From the UHGV virus genome UHGV-0363527: a stretch of DNA of 63,110 nt; one strand, written 5' to 3'. Source of the DNA: a virus. This document shows positions 47,289 to 56,570 of this stretch, in pieces. How positions within the stretch are numbered: position 1 is the first letter of the stretch; every line of letters starts with the position of its first letter. The notes beneath the pieces were generated by a model. The model worked only from the letters and a program-made list of their open reading frames with translations, did no database searches and had not been told where the DNA came from. The translations under genes were made by a program, and so were the position numbers.

Positions 47289-47414
47289 TTACGCACAAGG
47301 AACAAGCCCTGTGCATAGTAAGAACGAAAGATGTTCCTCCTGTCCAGATATCTACGGAACATGAACATGGAACAACAGCCAAGACCGAATGACGACAGCA
47401 TGATGACAAGAATC

Positions 47415-47702
47415 TCAAACATATTGACCCCCCCAAATAAGGGTGCGTTTCTTTCGTTGGTTGATAGGTATCTTGACTTGAACTTTAGCCTTGAGTTCCC
47501 AGACATGATTCTTTTTGACAAAGAACTGTACACAGGTGGGCTTGGTGTTCGGCATGTTGATCTGTTCCCTAACCCAGTTGACCATAGCTGTCTTGAAGTA
47601 GAACTTCTTGACAATACACATATGCCCTTTAATACGTTTGGTCTTCTCAGACAGATACTTACCATGAACGATGGCTTTATAGTTAGAGTTAATCATAAGC
47701 AC
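47415..47702 (-). CDS. hypothetical small protein, paralogue of 50512..50781
   Basis: Shared pattern YKA.V.G..L...K..H..K..M.NW.R..IN.P..KP..V.F..K...WE..AK....IP....K.R.L. Confidence 0.45.
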   Translation of the reverse strand: MLMINSNYKAIVHGKYLSEKTKRIKGHMCIVKKFYFKTAMVNWVREQINMPNTKPTCVQFFVKKNHVWELKAKVQVKIPINQRKKRTLIWGGQYV

Positions 47703-48203
47703 ACCTCCTATGGAAGCCCCGAAAGACTCCGGGGCTTTTAAGAATGTATGCTAGAACGAGCAATAGTCTCGCTCAAAGCGCAGTTCGAGAAGTACATCCT
47801 CCTCTTCCGTAGTAGGAATGTCCTGTACGTCAAGAGGGTGTTCGGGCTTACCATCACACGTTCTGCCATACAAAGGACAAAGGATGCACGTCACCGCGTT
47901 GAGACAAACCTTTTCCATCTAGCAACACTGCCTTTCAAGGATGTAGCCTTGACAGTTATGGTTTAACTGGATGCAATAAGCATCCTTTGAAACAAGCTGA
48001 TGTCCAGCCTGTTTCTTAGATGCTCATCTAATAAGCGAACTTTCCCTGTAGATGATACAGGTAGTGATTTGCTCCATGAGTTCGAGCAGACGTTGCGTTT
48101 TCCAGTCCGTAGTAATGGACTGTGACAGTAGAAAGGACTCTGACAGATTGTCTACAAGGCGCAGGTAACGCCTTGAAAGAAACTGTTTGATGTCTGGCAT
48201 GGT

Positions 48204-48479
48204 TTACAATTCCGTTTGTACAGTAAATGTGCTGTCAGGTTCAGCGTACAGCCACCACGAAACACCGTCAGAATCTTTAAACAGAAAGGTTTCGTCTATC
48301 TGTTGAAGGTCTACACCTAGGCAGAGGCAGAGCAAACGTGCCTCATAGAAAGTAAGCAATTGACCGTCATACAATTGAGCGGCATCCCTGAATGAATCAA
48401 GCGTGGTGTTGTTATCATATACAGGACGCAAGACAGTTCCCATGTTGTCTACTCCTTTGTTAGATTCATGGCACAACAA
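48204..48479 (-). CDS. hypothetical protein
   Basis: 91-aa ORF preceded by a perfect 11-bp-stem hairpin. Confidence 0.4.
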   Translation of the reverse strand: MLCHESNKGVDNMGTVLRPVYDNNTTLDSFRDAAQLYDGQLLTFYEARLLCLCLGVDLQQIDETFLFKDSDGVSWWLYAEPDSTFTVQTEL

Positions 48480-48511
48480 AAGCCCCGATAAGAACTTGCC
48501 TATCGGGGCTT
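48480..48511 (-). terminator. intergenic hairpin (AAGCCCCGATA / TATCGGGGCTT, 11-bp perfect stem), attenuator/terminator or RNase III site
   Basis: Read directly; on the minus strand it is followed by TTGTTGTGCC then the start of 48479 gene. Confidence 0.4.
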
Positions 48512-48535
48512 CAATGTGACGTGAATGTAGGGGGC

Positions 48536-49432
48536 TTAGAGTTCGATACCCTTTTCAACGGCAGCGTTCAACAGGGTATTGTAGATGTATTCTTCTTCGG
48601 CAGACAGGTTTGTGGTATCACAGTTGGACACCATCTTGAGCAGGGACGTAAAGGGCAGGCGTTCACCCTTAAGCAGACGCACCTTGTTAAGTACGTCCTC
48701 ACTCATGTCGTTTTCATCCGCATTTTCCAGAATCTGGATGTAGTAGTCCAGACCATGCGGGGCTTCAATGCCGGGGAACTTGCGGGCATCATGAACACCG
48801 GACGCCTTTGCCTGTTCCAACAGCTTATTCAGCTTGTTGGTGATGCTGGTGTACTTCGCCATAACTTCTTCTTCCGTCAAAGGCTTGTCACCCCGTCCGG
48901 TAGACTTTTCACGCTTCCACGTATCGAAGCGCGGAGCAGAGCGCAGGGAACCGATAACGTAATCGCACAAGCGCATCATGCCCGCAGGGTCATTGACATT
49001 CCCGCCCTTATCACGAGCGAGCTTGTCAATCTCGGCAGCGTCGCACAATTCGTCGCAACGCTTGGCGACCAGCTTGATGGACGACTTGAGGTCAACGATC
49101 GTCCCATCGTCCAGCGTGATGGTACTGGCATCCTTTCCCCCAGACAAGGCGAATGGCGCGAAGTAGAACAGCCAAGAAGTCCACGCAGGGCGCAGCTTTT
49201 CCGAAAGGTTGCCAAGGATGTAGTTCAGCGGCTGGTTGTTGCTGTTCATCATGGCAGCACGAACAGCGTACAGCGTGCAACGAGTAACGCCATTAACGAA
49301 TTCCTTTTGGGAGTTCACAAAGACGTTGACTTGAGCGCGGAAGTCTGCCTCTGTCCAGTCCGTAATCTTGGCGGGAGCAGTAGCAATCTCAGCAGTAACC
49401 GGAGCAATAGGAGTAGCGATGGCAGCGTTCAT
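48536..49432 (-). CDS. hypothetical protein
   Basis: 298 aa; chosen over the antisense 310-aa ORF because of block polarity and lower low-complexity content. Confidence 0.45.
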   Translation of the reverse strand: MNAAIATPIAPVTAEIATAPAKITDWTEADFRAQVNVFVNSQKEFVNGVTRCTLYAVRAAMMNSNNQPLNYILGNLSEKLRPAWTSWLFYFAPFALSGGKDASTITLDDGTIVDLKSSIKLVAKRCDELCDAAEIDKLARDKGGNVNDPAGMMRLCDYVIGSLRSAPRFDTWKREKSTGRGDKPLTEEEVMAKYTSITNKLNKLLEQAKASGVHDARKFPGIEAPHGLDYYIQILENADENDMSEDVLNKVRLLKGERLPFTSLLKMVSNCDTTNLSAEEEYIYNTLLNAAVEKGIEL

Positions 49433-49463
49433 GATAAGACCTCTTTTTGTTGAATGTTATTGT

Positions 49464-49676
49464 TTAGTAGTTACCAAGATAAGCAATGATGCTAAGGGAG
49501 CGCCAGTTAATAGCACTGTTGCAAGCCTTTACGCACGCCTTACGTACATTGTAGGCTTCGCGGACGCGTTGTGTTTCCCATTGTTTTGCAAGCGAATGGG
49601 GAACATAAGCCTTGGCTACCGCATGTTGGATAAACCTCTGAGTTACGAAAGCCGAAAGAGGAAAAATTGCATGCAT
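49464..49676 (-). CDS. hypothetical small protein
   Basis: 70-aa ORF. Confidence 0.3.
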   Translation of the reverse strand: MHAIFPLSAFVTQRFIQHAVAKAYVPHSLAKQWETQRVREAYNVRKACVKACNSAINWRSLSIIAYLGNY

Positions 49677-49751
49677 GTTAACACTCCTTTTAGTTGTTAG
49701 TATCCATTGCCTTATTGCAAAAGCCTAATGGTCTAGGCTTTTGTATATAAA

Positions 49752-50351
49752 TCAACGGAAACGCCGGGACGACCGCGTTGAGGTCATGATGTAATCGTCT
49801 TCCGTATGCACGACGACCTTAGCATGACGACTAACACGACGCCGAACCTTTTGAGGCTTATCCAGAGTCACGAGGGCGCAAGAGTATCCGTCTTGCTTGT
49901 CCATAGCCTCGCCTGTGCCCACGTTTGTAGTACGATACTTAGCGCGTGGCCGTTCACTTGTACGTACCTTGCGGATGTTGATATGCTTGCCATGCTTGCC
50001 AGTTACGGACTTGTTTTGTCCGTATTCAGCATACAAGAAAGGTACATCCGCCAGACCGGGGAGAACACGATAGCCTGTTACTTCATCAACAGGCAAATCA
50101 TTGGGATTGATAAACGCTCCCGTGATAGAGTTCTTAAAGCCTATGCACTCCCCGACCTTGTTCCATACGGGAATAAGGCGTGGTTCTTCCTTTTCCGTTT
50201 GATAGAGATTAGACAAGCCCTGATTCCTACAGATATTCAGGGCATTAGCCTGCCTCTTATAACCTTGTGGCTTATCGTGCATGGTGTTTCTCCATAGCTT
50301 GCGTTTGCTGTTCTTCAACGGCAGTTTTAAGTTGCTGAGTTTTATAAGCAA
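49752..50351 (-). CDS. hypothetical basic protein (probable start at MHDKPQ, 50282)
   Basis: 199-aa ORF; an internal Met with GGAGA RBS is more plausible. Confidence 0.4.
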   Translation of the reverse strand: MLIKLSNLKLPLKNSKRKLWRNTMHDKPQGYKRQANALNICRNQGLSNLYQTEKEEPRLIPVWNKVGECIGFKNSITGAFINPNDLPVDEVTGYRVLPGLADVPFLYAEYGQNKSVTGKHGKHINIRKVRTSERPRAKYRTTNVGTGEAMDKQDGYSCALVTLDKPQKVRRRVSRHAKVVVHTEDDYIMTSTRSSRRFR

Positions 50352-50511
50352 CGTGACCAGCCCACGCGTAAAAGTCTATGGCATGATTGCCTTTCATGAG
50401 CATATTGACATAACGTTGGGAAAGATACTTTAACATGGTAGTTCTCCTATCTTGTTAAATAACTTAAATGATTACAGGGACTTACGTATGCCCCTGTAAC
50501 GATTAAGCTAC

Positions 50512-50781
50512 TTACTTCCAGCTAAGCATACGCCTTTTCAACTTGCCCATAGGAATAGTGGCAAGTGCCTTTGCCATGAATTCCCATTCGCCATCACGTT
50601 TGATATAGAAATAAACGCGGAAAGGCTTAATGTCAGGCTCGTTGATTCGGTTCCGCGCCCAGTTATACATGAAGTCTTTATTGGTAAACAGACCGTGAAC
50701 CAGCTTAACGCTTGTCGTGGGCATACCATCTTCCAAGCGCATTCCCCAGACTTCGGCCTTGTAGACATTCTTGGCTTTCAT
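50512..50781 (-). CDS. hypothetical small protein, paralogue of 47415..47702
   Basis: 89 aa; see paralogue pattern. Confidence 0.45.
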   Translation of the reverse strand: MKAKNVYKAEVWGMRLEDGMPTTSVKLVHGLFTNKDFMYNWARNRINEPDIKPFRVYFYIKRDGEWEFMAKALATIPMGKLKRRMLSWK

Positions 50782-52640
50782 AGTAGTGCTCCTCTTGTTT
50801 AATAGTTTAGTTGGCTACAAGGGATTAACGCACCTAAGGCACCTCATTCCCTTGTAGCTGTTAAACTATTAACAGACTGAACACCTTTGCCTACTATTTA
50901 TAGTCGTTGCACTGTTCCCAACGCAGGCTGTAGCGCAGCCTTTTAACGCCAATGCTCGACGACTGTAGCCTTTCTAAAGCTACTTCAATCCGCCCTTTGA
51001 GCCGTCTTATCACATTGCTAGAGTGTAAGTCTGCAATGCCGTTTACGGTTTATCGGCAGATTATAGGCTTGCTGTAAGTAGGACTTTCCCCCGACCTACC
51101 TTGCACCTGCGCACAAGGCCCCCAGTCGGCTTGTTCCGTCCCCTTGCTTATACGTCGCACCTGTAGTTACAGGAGTATATAAGCAAGCCTCGTTTTTCTG
51201 TACATCGGAGCACTTCTTAGCTTGAACTAACAGGCAAACCGCACTCAAGGCACAATTTGCAAGGTAGCATAGACAAGCTAAGTTTTACGCACATCCAACG
51301 CAAAACCTGCAATCCGATTTTCCAAAGAGCCTTATTAAGCTCTTGGCATGATTGTAACTTGTGTATGTGCTACAATCCTAGCAGGACGACACACTAAGCT
51401 AGTGCCGTTAAGTAAATCTAGCTAACTTGAGTTAGCTTGTTGAAAGCGTTCTCTCATAAGTTTTTGCGCTTGTCAAGTACTTTTTTGCCTTTTTTCGTTG
51501 TGTCCGTGTGGCTCATTATTCCGGCTGCCGACTACTCTTTAGAATGTCGTAACACTCGCAAGCAAAGAACAGCGTTTAGCTGTTTAACGTCCGCCTATTT
51601 CTGGTGACTGGACACAAACAAGGCAAGTACTCAACAAAGACGCTATGCACTTGTGAAAGAACACGTTCATCGTTGAAATGGACTCTACAGGAGCCTTACG
51701 GCTATGTCAAGCACTTTTTCAACGCTTTTTAAAAGAACGTATAGTAGCGCTAGCTACGCTAGCTGTATCGTATGGGCTTGTGACCCGTCCGATGCCTTTT
51801 ATATAGCAAGCCGTGTGCCAAACTGTAAGTAGTTGAAATTATTAGACCCCGCTACGCGGGTAAGTTCAAGAATTTGTACCTAGTAGGCGCGCCGGCTGGT
51901 GTTTGTGGAGCTTATAGTGCACGCACATAGTGCGGAACCATAAGAACTACAGGTACTTAGATCATGGTTCAAACATTTGTACTTTTGGAGTGCATGAGTA
52001 CAATAAGTTGAACCTATGCCTAACCATGCTAAACCATTTACACTTTTGTACCATGCTTACTATAGGTAGTTGATTTAATTAACCTTTAAAAACGATTAGC
52101 TAGGTTTAGCTGCTATTGGTAACTATTAGTAGCTGTTTGTTGATAATGATTACCATTGATGGCTGGTTCTTTGGTTCTAATCCTACCCACAAGCTAGGCT
52201 ATGAACCAGTGCTAATCATACCTAACCTATTGTAATCATTGTACTTTTTAGTTGTCTATAATCATCCAACAACTACTAGGAGTAACACTTCAAACCTTAG
52301 GAGTCACACTGTGCTTTCTTTCACTAGGGGGAGAGGGAGCATCCCCTACCCGTGGGACAGAGCGGAGGCACGGGGGTACAGTTGACACAGACTTCACCCA
52401 CAAATTTACCAGCTTCGCTCGCAGCTTTAGGGGGCTGAATGACGTCATCATAATCGTTTCTATATCTCATGGTTCTATAAGTTCAGAACAAGTCTAGGAG
52501 GTATATTCACCATGCTCCTTCTCATCTTACACCATATGTCACCAACAGTAGTCAGGAGTAGCTACTAGTAACCGGCCCGGCCTCACCTACTGGTTACTTA
52601 TGCCTACCTAAACTTTTTTAACTTTTTTCGTCCAAACCCC

Positions 52641-52669
52641 TTGACAATTGAAAAAAACTGATTATCTTA
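52641..52669 (+). promoter_or_regulatory. sigma70-like promoter (TTGACA-17-TATCTT) inside the 2.3-kb noncoding region
   Basis: ccccTTGACAattgaaaaaaactgattATCTTat read directly. Confidence 0.45.
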
Positions 52670-52675
52670 TTCCAT

Positions 52676-53080
52676 AAGAATAAGAAATCACGGAGTGATT
52701 CGCAGGGTTGCTGCTGTGATTGATTGGATGATTAAATTCATGCTTCAACTCAGTTCACATGTACAGCACTGGTACTTGAGCAATACATGCTTGTTCATGT
52801 GAACACGCTTTCTTTAGGCTGTGAGCGAGCCTCAAAGCGAGCGAACTACTTAGGTAGTTTGAGTTGATTAGGACATGGGAAAATAGTATCTAACATCCAA
52901 CAGCCTGAAAGCAAACTCTCCGACTTATTGGTTACTAAGCTACGCTTTGTAGTCAATAGGGCCGAGCGCCCCTATCAAATTCTGAACATTAAAACATTAG
53001 TCTGACCAAAAGAAAAGCCCCCGTTCTACATAGGATCCATGCCTTGCATAGTACCTATAGTAGCCGGGGGCTTGTTGCGT
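52676..53080 (+). ncRNA. candidate ~400-nt noncoding transcript (promoter 52641 to terminator 53011-53085), no ORF >25 aa
   Basis: Promoter, ORF-free interval with 9-bp-stem inverted repeat GTTCACATG..CATGTGAAC and GAGCGAGC direct repeats, ending in a strong terminator. Confidence 0.3.
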
Positions 53081-53085
53081 TTATG
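53011..53085. terminator. bidirectional terminator (AAGCCCCCG ... CGGGGGCTT long stem; T-tracts on both strands) ending first early gene and the noncoding transcript
   Basis: On the minus strand the stem is followed by CTTTTCTTTTGG immediately after the stop of 53081..53974; on the plus strand by GTTGCGTTTATG. Confidence 0.5.
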
Positions 53086-53974
53086 TATCTTTCTTGTCTA
53101 TAGCTAGTCTTCTTGGTTGACTTAGAAGATGCTTACTTGCTTCTTCTTTAGTTATCTTTCTAAACATAAGATCATATTTGACCTTATTACTTGTAAAGTA
53201 TTTACTTGACACATAGTTAAGTGGTACCTTGATCAGTTCGTCTGTGTAAGCTGCCTTGACGTAAGGTGGTGTCTCAAAGCCAAGGTGAACTGTATTCATA
53301 TGTTCACGTTCTGTACCAAAAGGTTCTATGATGTTCATTTGTGCCATCTCTATGTACTCGTCTGTGTAGCCTGTATACTCAAACGTCTTGTCAAAGACTT
53401 GTTGCATATACAAAGCACCTCTACGCCAGTGTCTTGCATAGTAGTACGGATGGTTTGTTGCAGACACTTTCCATGTAAACCATGTACGCTCATGTCCGGG
53501 GAAGAAGTCAGGTGTTCGAGGTACAACTACAGCTTTAAGCTGAGGATACTCTCTAAAGACAAAGTACCTCTTCTTAGGTGCACGAGACACACGCTTAGTC
53601 ACACCAAAGCAGTCACGTGTTACTTGTGTTAATGGTCTGCTGTACGTTTTCTCTTCAACAGTAATGACTGCAAAGTCTTTAAGGTCGATACCACCTCTGT
53701 TCTTTAAACCGGTAGACAAACACCAGATCATAACGTTAACCATTCTGCTTACTTCACTTTCAGGCAGATAGTTAAAGAAGATGTTCAGGTCGTTAACAAG
53801 GTCACCTTTTGTGTACAGACCTCTGTCCCACTGTCCTTCTATTTCACATTCTGATAAACCTACCTGACACCTACAGTTAGGGATCTTGTAAGGTTCAGGT
53901 GTGTCTTCATTCAGTATGGGATTCCTCCGCCACTTTAATTTCCTACGGTCTTTTTCTATCAGCGTCGACGACAT
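53081..53974 (-). CDS. first early gene product, function unknown (anti-host / anti-defence candidate by position)
   Basis: 297-aa ORF with its own promoter (54067-54096) and terminator; isolated between noncoding regions. Confidence 0.5.
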   Translation of the reverse strand: MSSTLIEKDRRKLKWRRNPILNEDTPEPYKIPNCRCQVGLSECEIEGQWDRGLYTKGDLVNDLNIFFNYLPESEVSRMVNVMIWCLSTGLKNRGGIDLKDFAVITVEEKTYSRPLTQVTRDCFGVTKRVSRAPKKRYFVFREYPQLKAVVVPRTPDFFPGHERTWFTWKVSATNHPYYYARHWRRGALYMQQVFDKTFEYTGYTDEYIEMAQMNIIEPFGTEREHMNTVHLGFETPPYVKAAYTDELIKVPLNYVSSKYFTSNKVKYDLMFRKITKEEASKHLLSQPRRLAIDKKDT

Positions 53975-54013
53975 TTTATTTCACTTTTTATACATTTTTT
54001 TACTATAACCCCT

Positions 54014-54040
54014 TGACAAAATATATATAGTTATTATACT
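54014..54040 (+). promoter_or_regulatory. sigma70-like promoter (TTGACA-15-TATACT) for the + strand operon starting at 54118
   Basis: ccccTTGACAaaatatatatagttatTATACT. Confidence 0.45.
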
Positions 54041-54066
54041 ATATTTTAGGTTATAGTATACATAAA

Positions 54067-54096
54067 TACTATAATCACTAATTGACTTCTTGTCAA
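54067..54096 (-). promoter_or_regulatory. divergent sigma70-like promoter (TTGACA-18-TATAGT) for 53974..53081
   Basis: Reverse complement reads TTGACAagaagtcaattagtgattaTAGTAT. Confidence 0.4.
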
Positions 54097-54117
54097 GAGG
54101 TATAAAAAGAAAAAGTT

Positions 54118-54840
54118 ATGGATAGTCAAATTTTACTAGGGATCGTTAACGGTCTGTCAAGCTTAGTAAAAGACGCTGACTATATATCACTTGCGATGCT
54201 GGGAGGAACTGCATTCATTATCTATGAATGTGCAACTTTATCGTCTTTTTTAAAACGTGTAGCTAAACACAAGACAAAGAAGTTTGCAAAGGATTTTCCA
54301 TCACTCATTGATATGAATAGGCGTGTTCTTACCAAGCTTAAACATGCTAAGTCTGAATTAAATGCAGACAGAGTTGCAGTTGTTCAGTTTCATAACGGGT
54401 GTCAAAACCTGTCTGGTATTGACTTTGCAAAGATGTCTTGCACACATGAAGCTGTTCGTCCCGGCCTTAAACCAGCACAGGCTGATTTCTTAAACCTGCC
54501 TGTGTCTGCTTTCTCATATCTTACTAACGCTGCTTTTGGTATAGAACCTAAAGTAATTCTGAACATCGAACGTTTGCGTAAGTTTGATATGTCTACATAT
54601 ACACTACTGAAGGCACACAAAGCTGTGTCCTTTGCTCTTACTCCTCTCATCTCTGATAACCAAGATGTCTTTGGTTTCATGGTTGTAGAGTTCTGCAAGC
54701 TTCGTGAAGACATTACTTCTGGTGACTTCCAGTTCCTTTTAAAGACATATGCAGAGAAGATAGCTACCTTGCTTGACCGCTCTGACTTAGGTGACCTTGA
54801 TGAAGAAAGACTCTATAAAGCCCCTTCTGAAGAAGCCTAG
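54118..54840 (+). CDS. hypothetical protein with N-terminal hydrophobic segment
   Basis: 240-aa ORF, first gene of right-hand + operon. Confidence 0.45.
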   Translation: MDSQILLGIVNGLSSLVKDADYISLAMLGGTAFIIYECATLSSFLKRVAKHKTKKFAKDFPSLIDMNRRVLTKLKHAKSELNADRVAVVQFHNGCQNLSGIDFAKMSCTHEAVRPGLKPAQADFLNLPVSAFSYLTNAAFGIEPKVILNIERLRKFDMSTYTLLKAHKAVSFALTPLISDNQDVFGFMVVEFCKLREDITSGDFQFLLKTYAEKIATLLDRSDLGDLDEERLYKAPSEEA

Positions 54841-55141
54841 TCCTTCTGTAGTTGTTCCTGACGGTAAGGGATGTACCAAGGGAGACGAACTTCTTCGTCG
54901 TCTTCGCTTTGAATTTGGGTACGATCCCATCAAGGAACTTGTGCATTTGGCTAGGTCTGCTAAGACCAACAGCACAGAGAAGATTAAGATCGCCTCTGAA
55001 CTGCTGAGCTACTACCAGCCGAAGATGAAAGCTATGGACTTCAATCCGAATGCTGGTGAAGTTATTAACGTTAACATCTCTTTCCCTGATGAAGAGACTG
55101 CTCCTGCGGGACTCAAGGATCTGGCGAAAGAAACTGCGTAA
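54791..55141 (+). CDS. putative terminase small subunit
   Basis: 116-aa ORF immediately upstream of terminase large subunit; assignment by position only. Confidence 0.4.
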   Translation: MTLMKKDSIKPLLKKPSPSVVVPDGKGCTKGDELLRRLRFEFGYDPIKELVHLARSAKTNSTEKIKIASELLSYYQPKMKAMDFNPNAGEVINVNISFPDEETAPAGLKDLAKETA

Positions 55142-55149
55142 GGACTGTT

Positions 55150-56565
55150 ATGGATATTGATTATCAAGTCCTGCCCACGTTTGCAAAGATTCATCGTGAC
55201 CCGAATCCTTTTCTGTTTGTGATGGGGCCAGTAGGATCTGGCAAGTCCTCTGGTTGTATCTTTCAAGCGTTCTTTAATGCTATGCGTCAGAAACCAGACG
55301 AGCATGGAGTCAGGCACAGCAGACACCTTGTTGTCCGCGCAACGTACCCGGCCCTAAAGTCAACCACCATTAAAACGTGGTTGTCATGGTTTAAAGATAA
55401 AATCACTATTACTTATTCTACCCCCATCATCGGCAGGATTAAGTATCCTTTAGCTGATGGTACGACCGTTGATATGGAAGTCGTATTCATCGCTGTCGAT
55501 GATGATAGATCTGCTGAAAAGCTTCGTTCGTTGGAAGTGACCTCTGCTCATTTGAACGAAGCATCTGAACTTACAGAAGGTACCTTTCAGCTTATCAAGA
55601 CACGCTTTAAGCGTTATCCTGCTAAGAAAGATGGCGGCCCAGTCAGACCATTTATTATACTTGACTACAACGCCGTAAGTACTGAGCACTGGTTATATCG
55701 CCTTGCAGAGGAAGACAAACCAGAAGGACATAGTTTCTATCGTCAACCTCCGGCTATGCTTAAGGTAGACGGGAAGTATGTTCTTAATCCTGAAGCAGAG
55801 AACCTTGCTAACCTTGATGAAGGTTACTATGAAACCATGTGTATGGGCGCAGACGAAGACTTTATCAACGTCAACGTGCTTAACAACTATGGTGAAGTAA
55901 AACGAGGTAAACCTGTTTATAAGGATTACAGTGATCTTGAGCACCATGTTGATGAAGAGATGGTTCCTCTTCGTGGTGTGCCTGTTGTCATAGGAATGGA
56001 CCAAGGATTGACCCCTTCTGCTGCTTTCACACAGCAAGCCCCTGATGGTACAGTTATTGTGTTTGATGAGATCTGCACAGACAACTGTTCTCTCAAAGAG
56101 TTCTGTGAAGAACATCTTTGGCCTAAGATCACATCTAAGTATCCTTGGATTGTAAATAACTTTAGAGTTGTGTGTGACCCTGCTACTTCACAGCGGTCAA
56201 TGAACGACGCTAAGTCTGGCATGGAGATATTGAAAGAATGTAATCTTCCTGTTAAGCTAGCTAAGACAAACAACTGGACTCCTCGCTTTGAAGCCGTTGC
56301 TCAGTTCCTTCGTTTGAAGGGTAAGTTCAAGCTTGGGCCTCAGTGCATAGCCTTAAGAAAAGGCTTTGTGTCTGAGTACAAGTACGCTGAGTCTAAGACT
56401 GTTAACGGTGTTCTCTATAAAGCATCTCCTGTCAAGAATGAGTTCTCTCACATTCATGATGCCTTGCAGTACGCAATGATGGAGTACGTACATAAGCGAG
56501 AGAAGAAGTTCTTGTTTAACACACAACGTAAATATCGTGCTGCTAGCCAGATTGGAGGCTACTAA
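55150..56565 (+). CDS. terL: terminase large subunit
   Basis: Walker A MGPVGSGKSS, ATPase then nuclease-like acidic motifs (VVIGMDQG, HDALQY); 471 aa; precedes portal. Confidence 0.75.
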   Translation: MDIDYQVLPTFAKIHRDPNPFLFVMGPVGSGKSSGCIFQAFFNAMRQKPDEHGVRHSRHLVVRATYPALKSTTIKTWLSWFKDKITITYSTPIIGRIKYPLADGTTVDMEVVFIAVDDDRSAEKLRSLEVTSAHLNEASELTEGTFQLIKTRFKRYPAKKDGGPVRPFIILDYNAVSTEHWLYRLAEEDKPEGHSFYRQPPAMLKVDGKYVLNPEAENLANLDEGYYETMCMGADEDFINVNVLNNYGEVKRGKPVYKDYSDLEHHVDEEMVPLRGVPVVIGMDQGLTPSAAFTQQAPDGTVIVFDEICTDNCSLKEFCEEHLWPKITSKYPWIVNNFRVVCDPATSQRSMNDAKSGMEILKECNLPVKLAKTNNWTPRFEAVAQFLRLKGKFKLGPQCIALRKGFVSEYKYAESKTVNGVLYKASPVKNEFSHIHDALQYAMMEYVHKREKKFLFNTQRKYRAASQIGGY

Positions 56566-56570
56566 AAATC

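Noticed and set aside
48521-49453. 310-aa + ORF antisense to 48536..49432
   Set aside because: Both frames are open. The minus-strand ORF was preferred because every neighbouring gene is on the minus strand, flanking hairpins/RBS fit the minus orientation, and the + translation is Gly/Val/Arg-biased
51440-51480. TTGTCAAG at 51470 as a minus-strand promoter for the 50781 gene
   Set aside because: No acceptable -10 hexamer at 15-19 nt spacing downstream on the minus strand
52145-52200. tRNA-like T-loop word GGTTCTAATCC in the noncoding region
   Set aside because: No complementary T-stem, acceptor stem or anticodon arm could be assembled around it; no other tRNA-like cloverleaf found in the window
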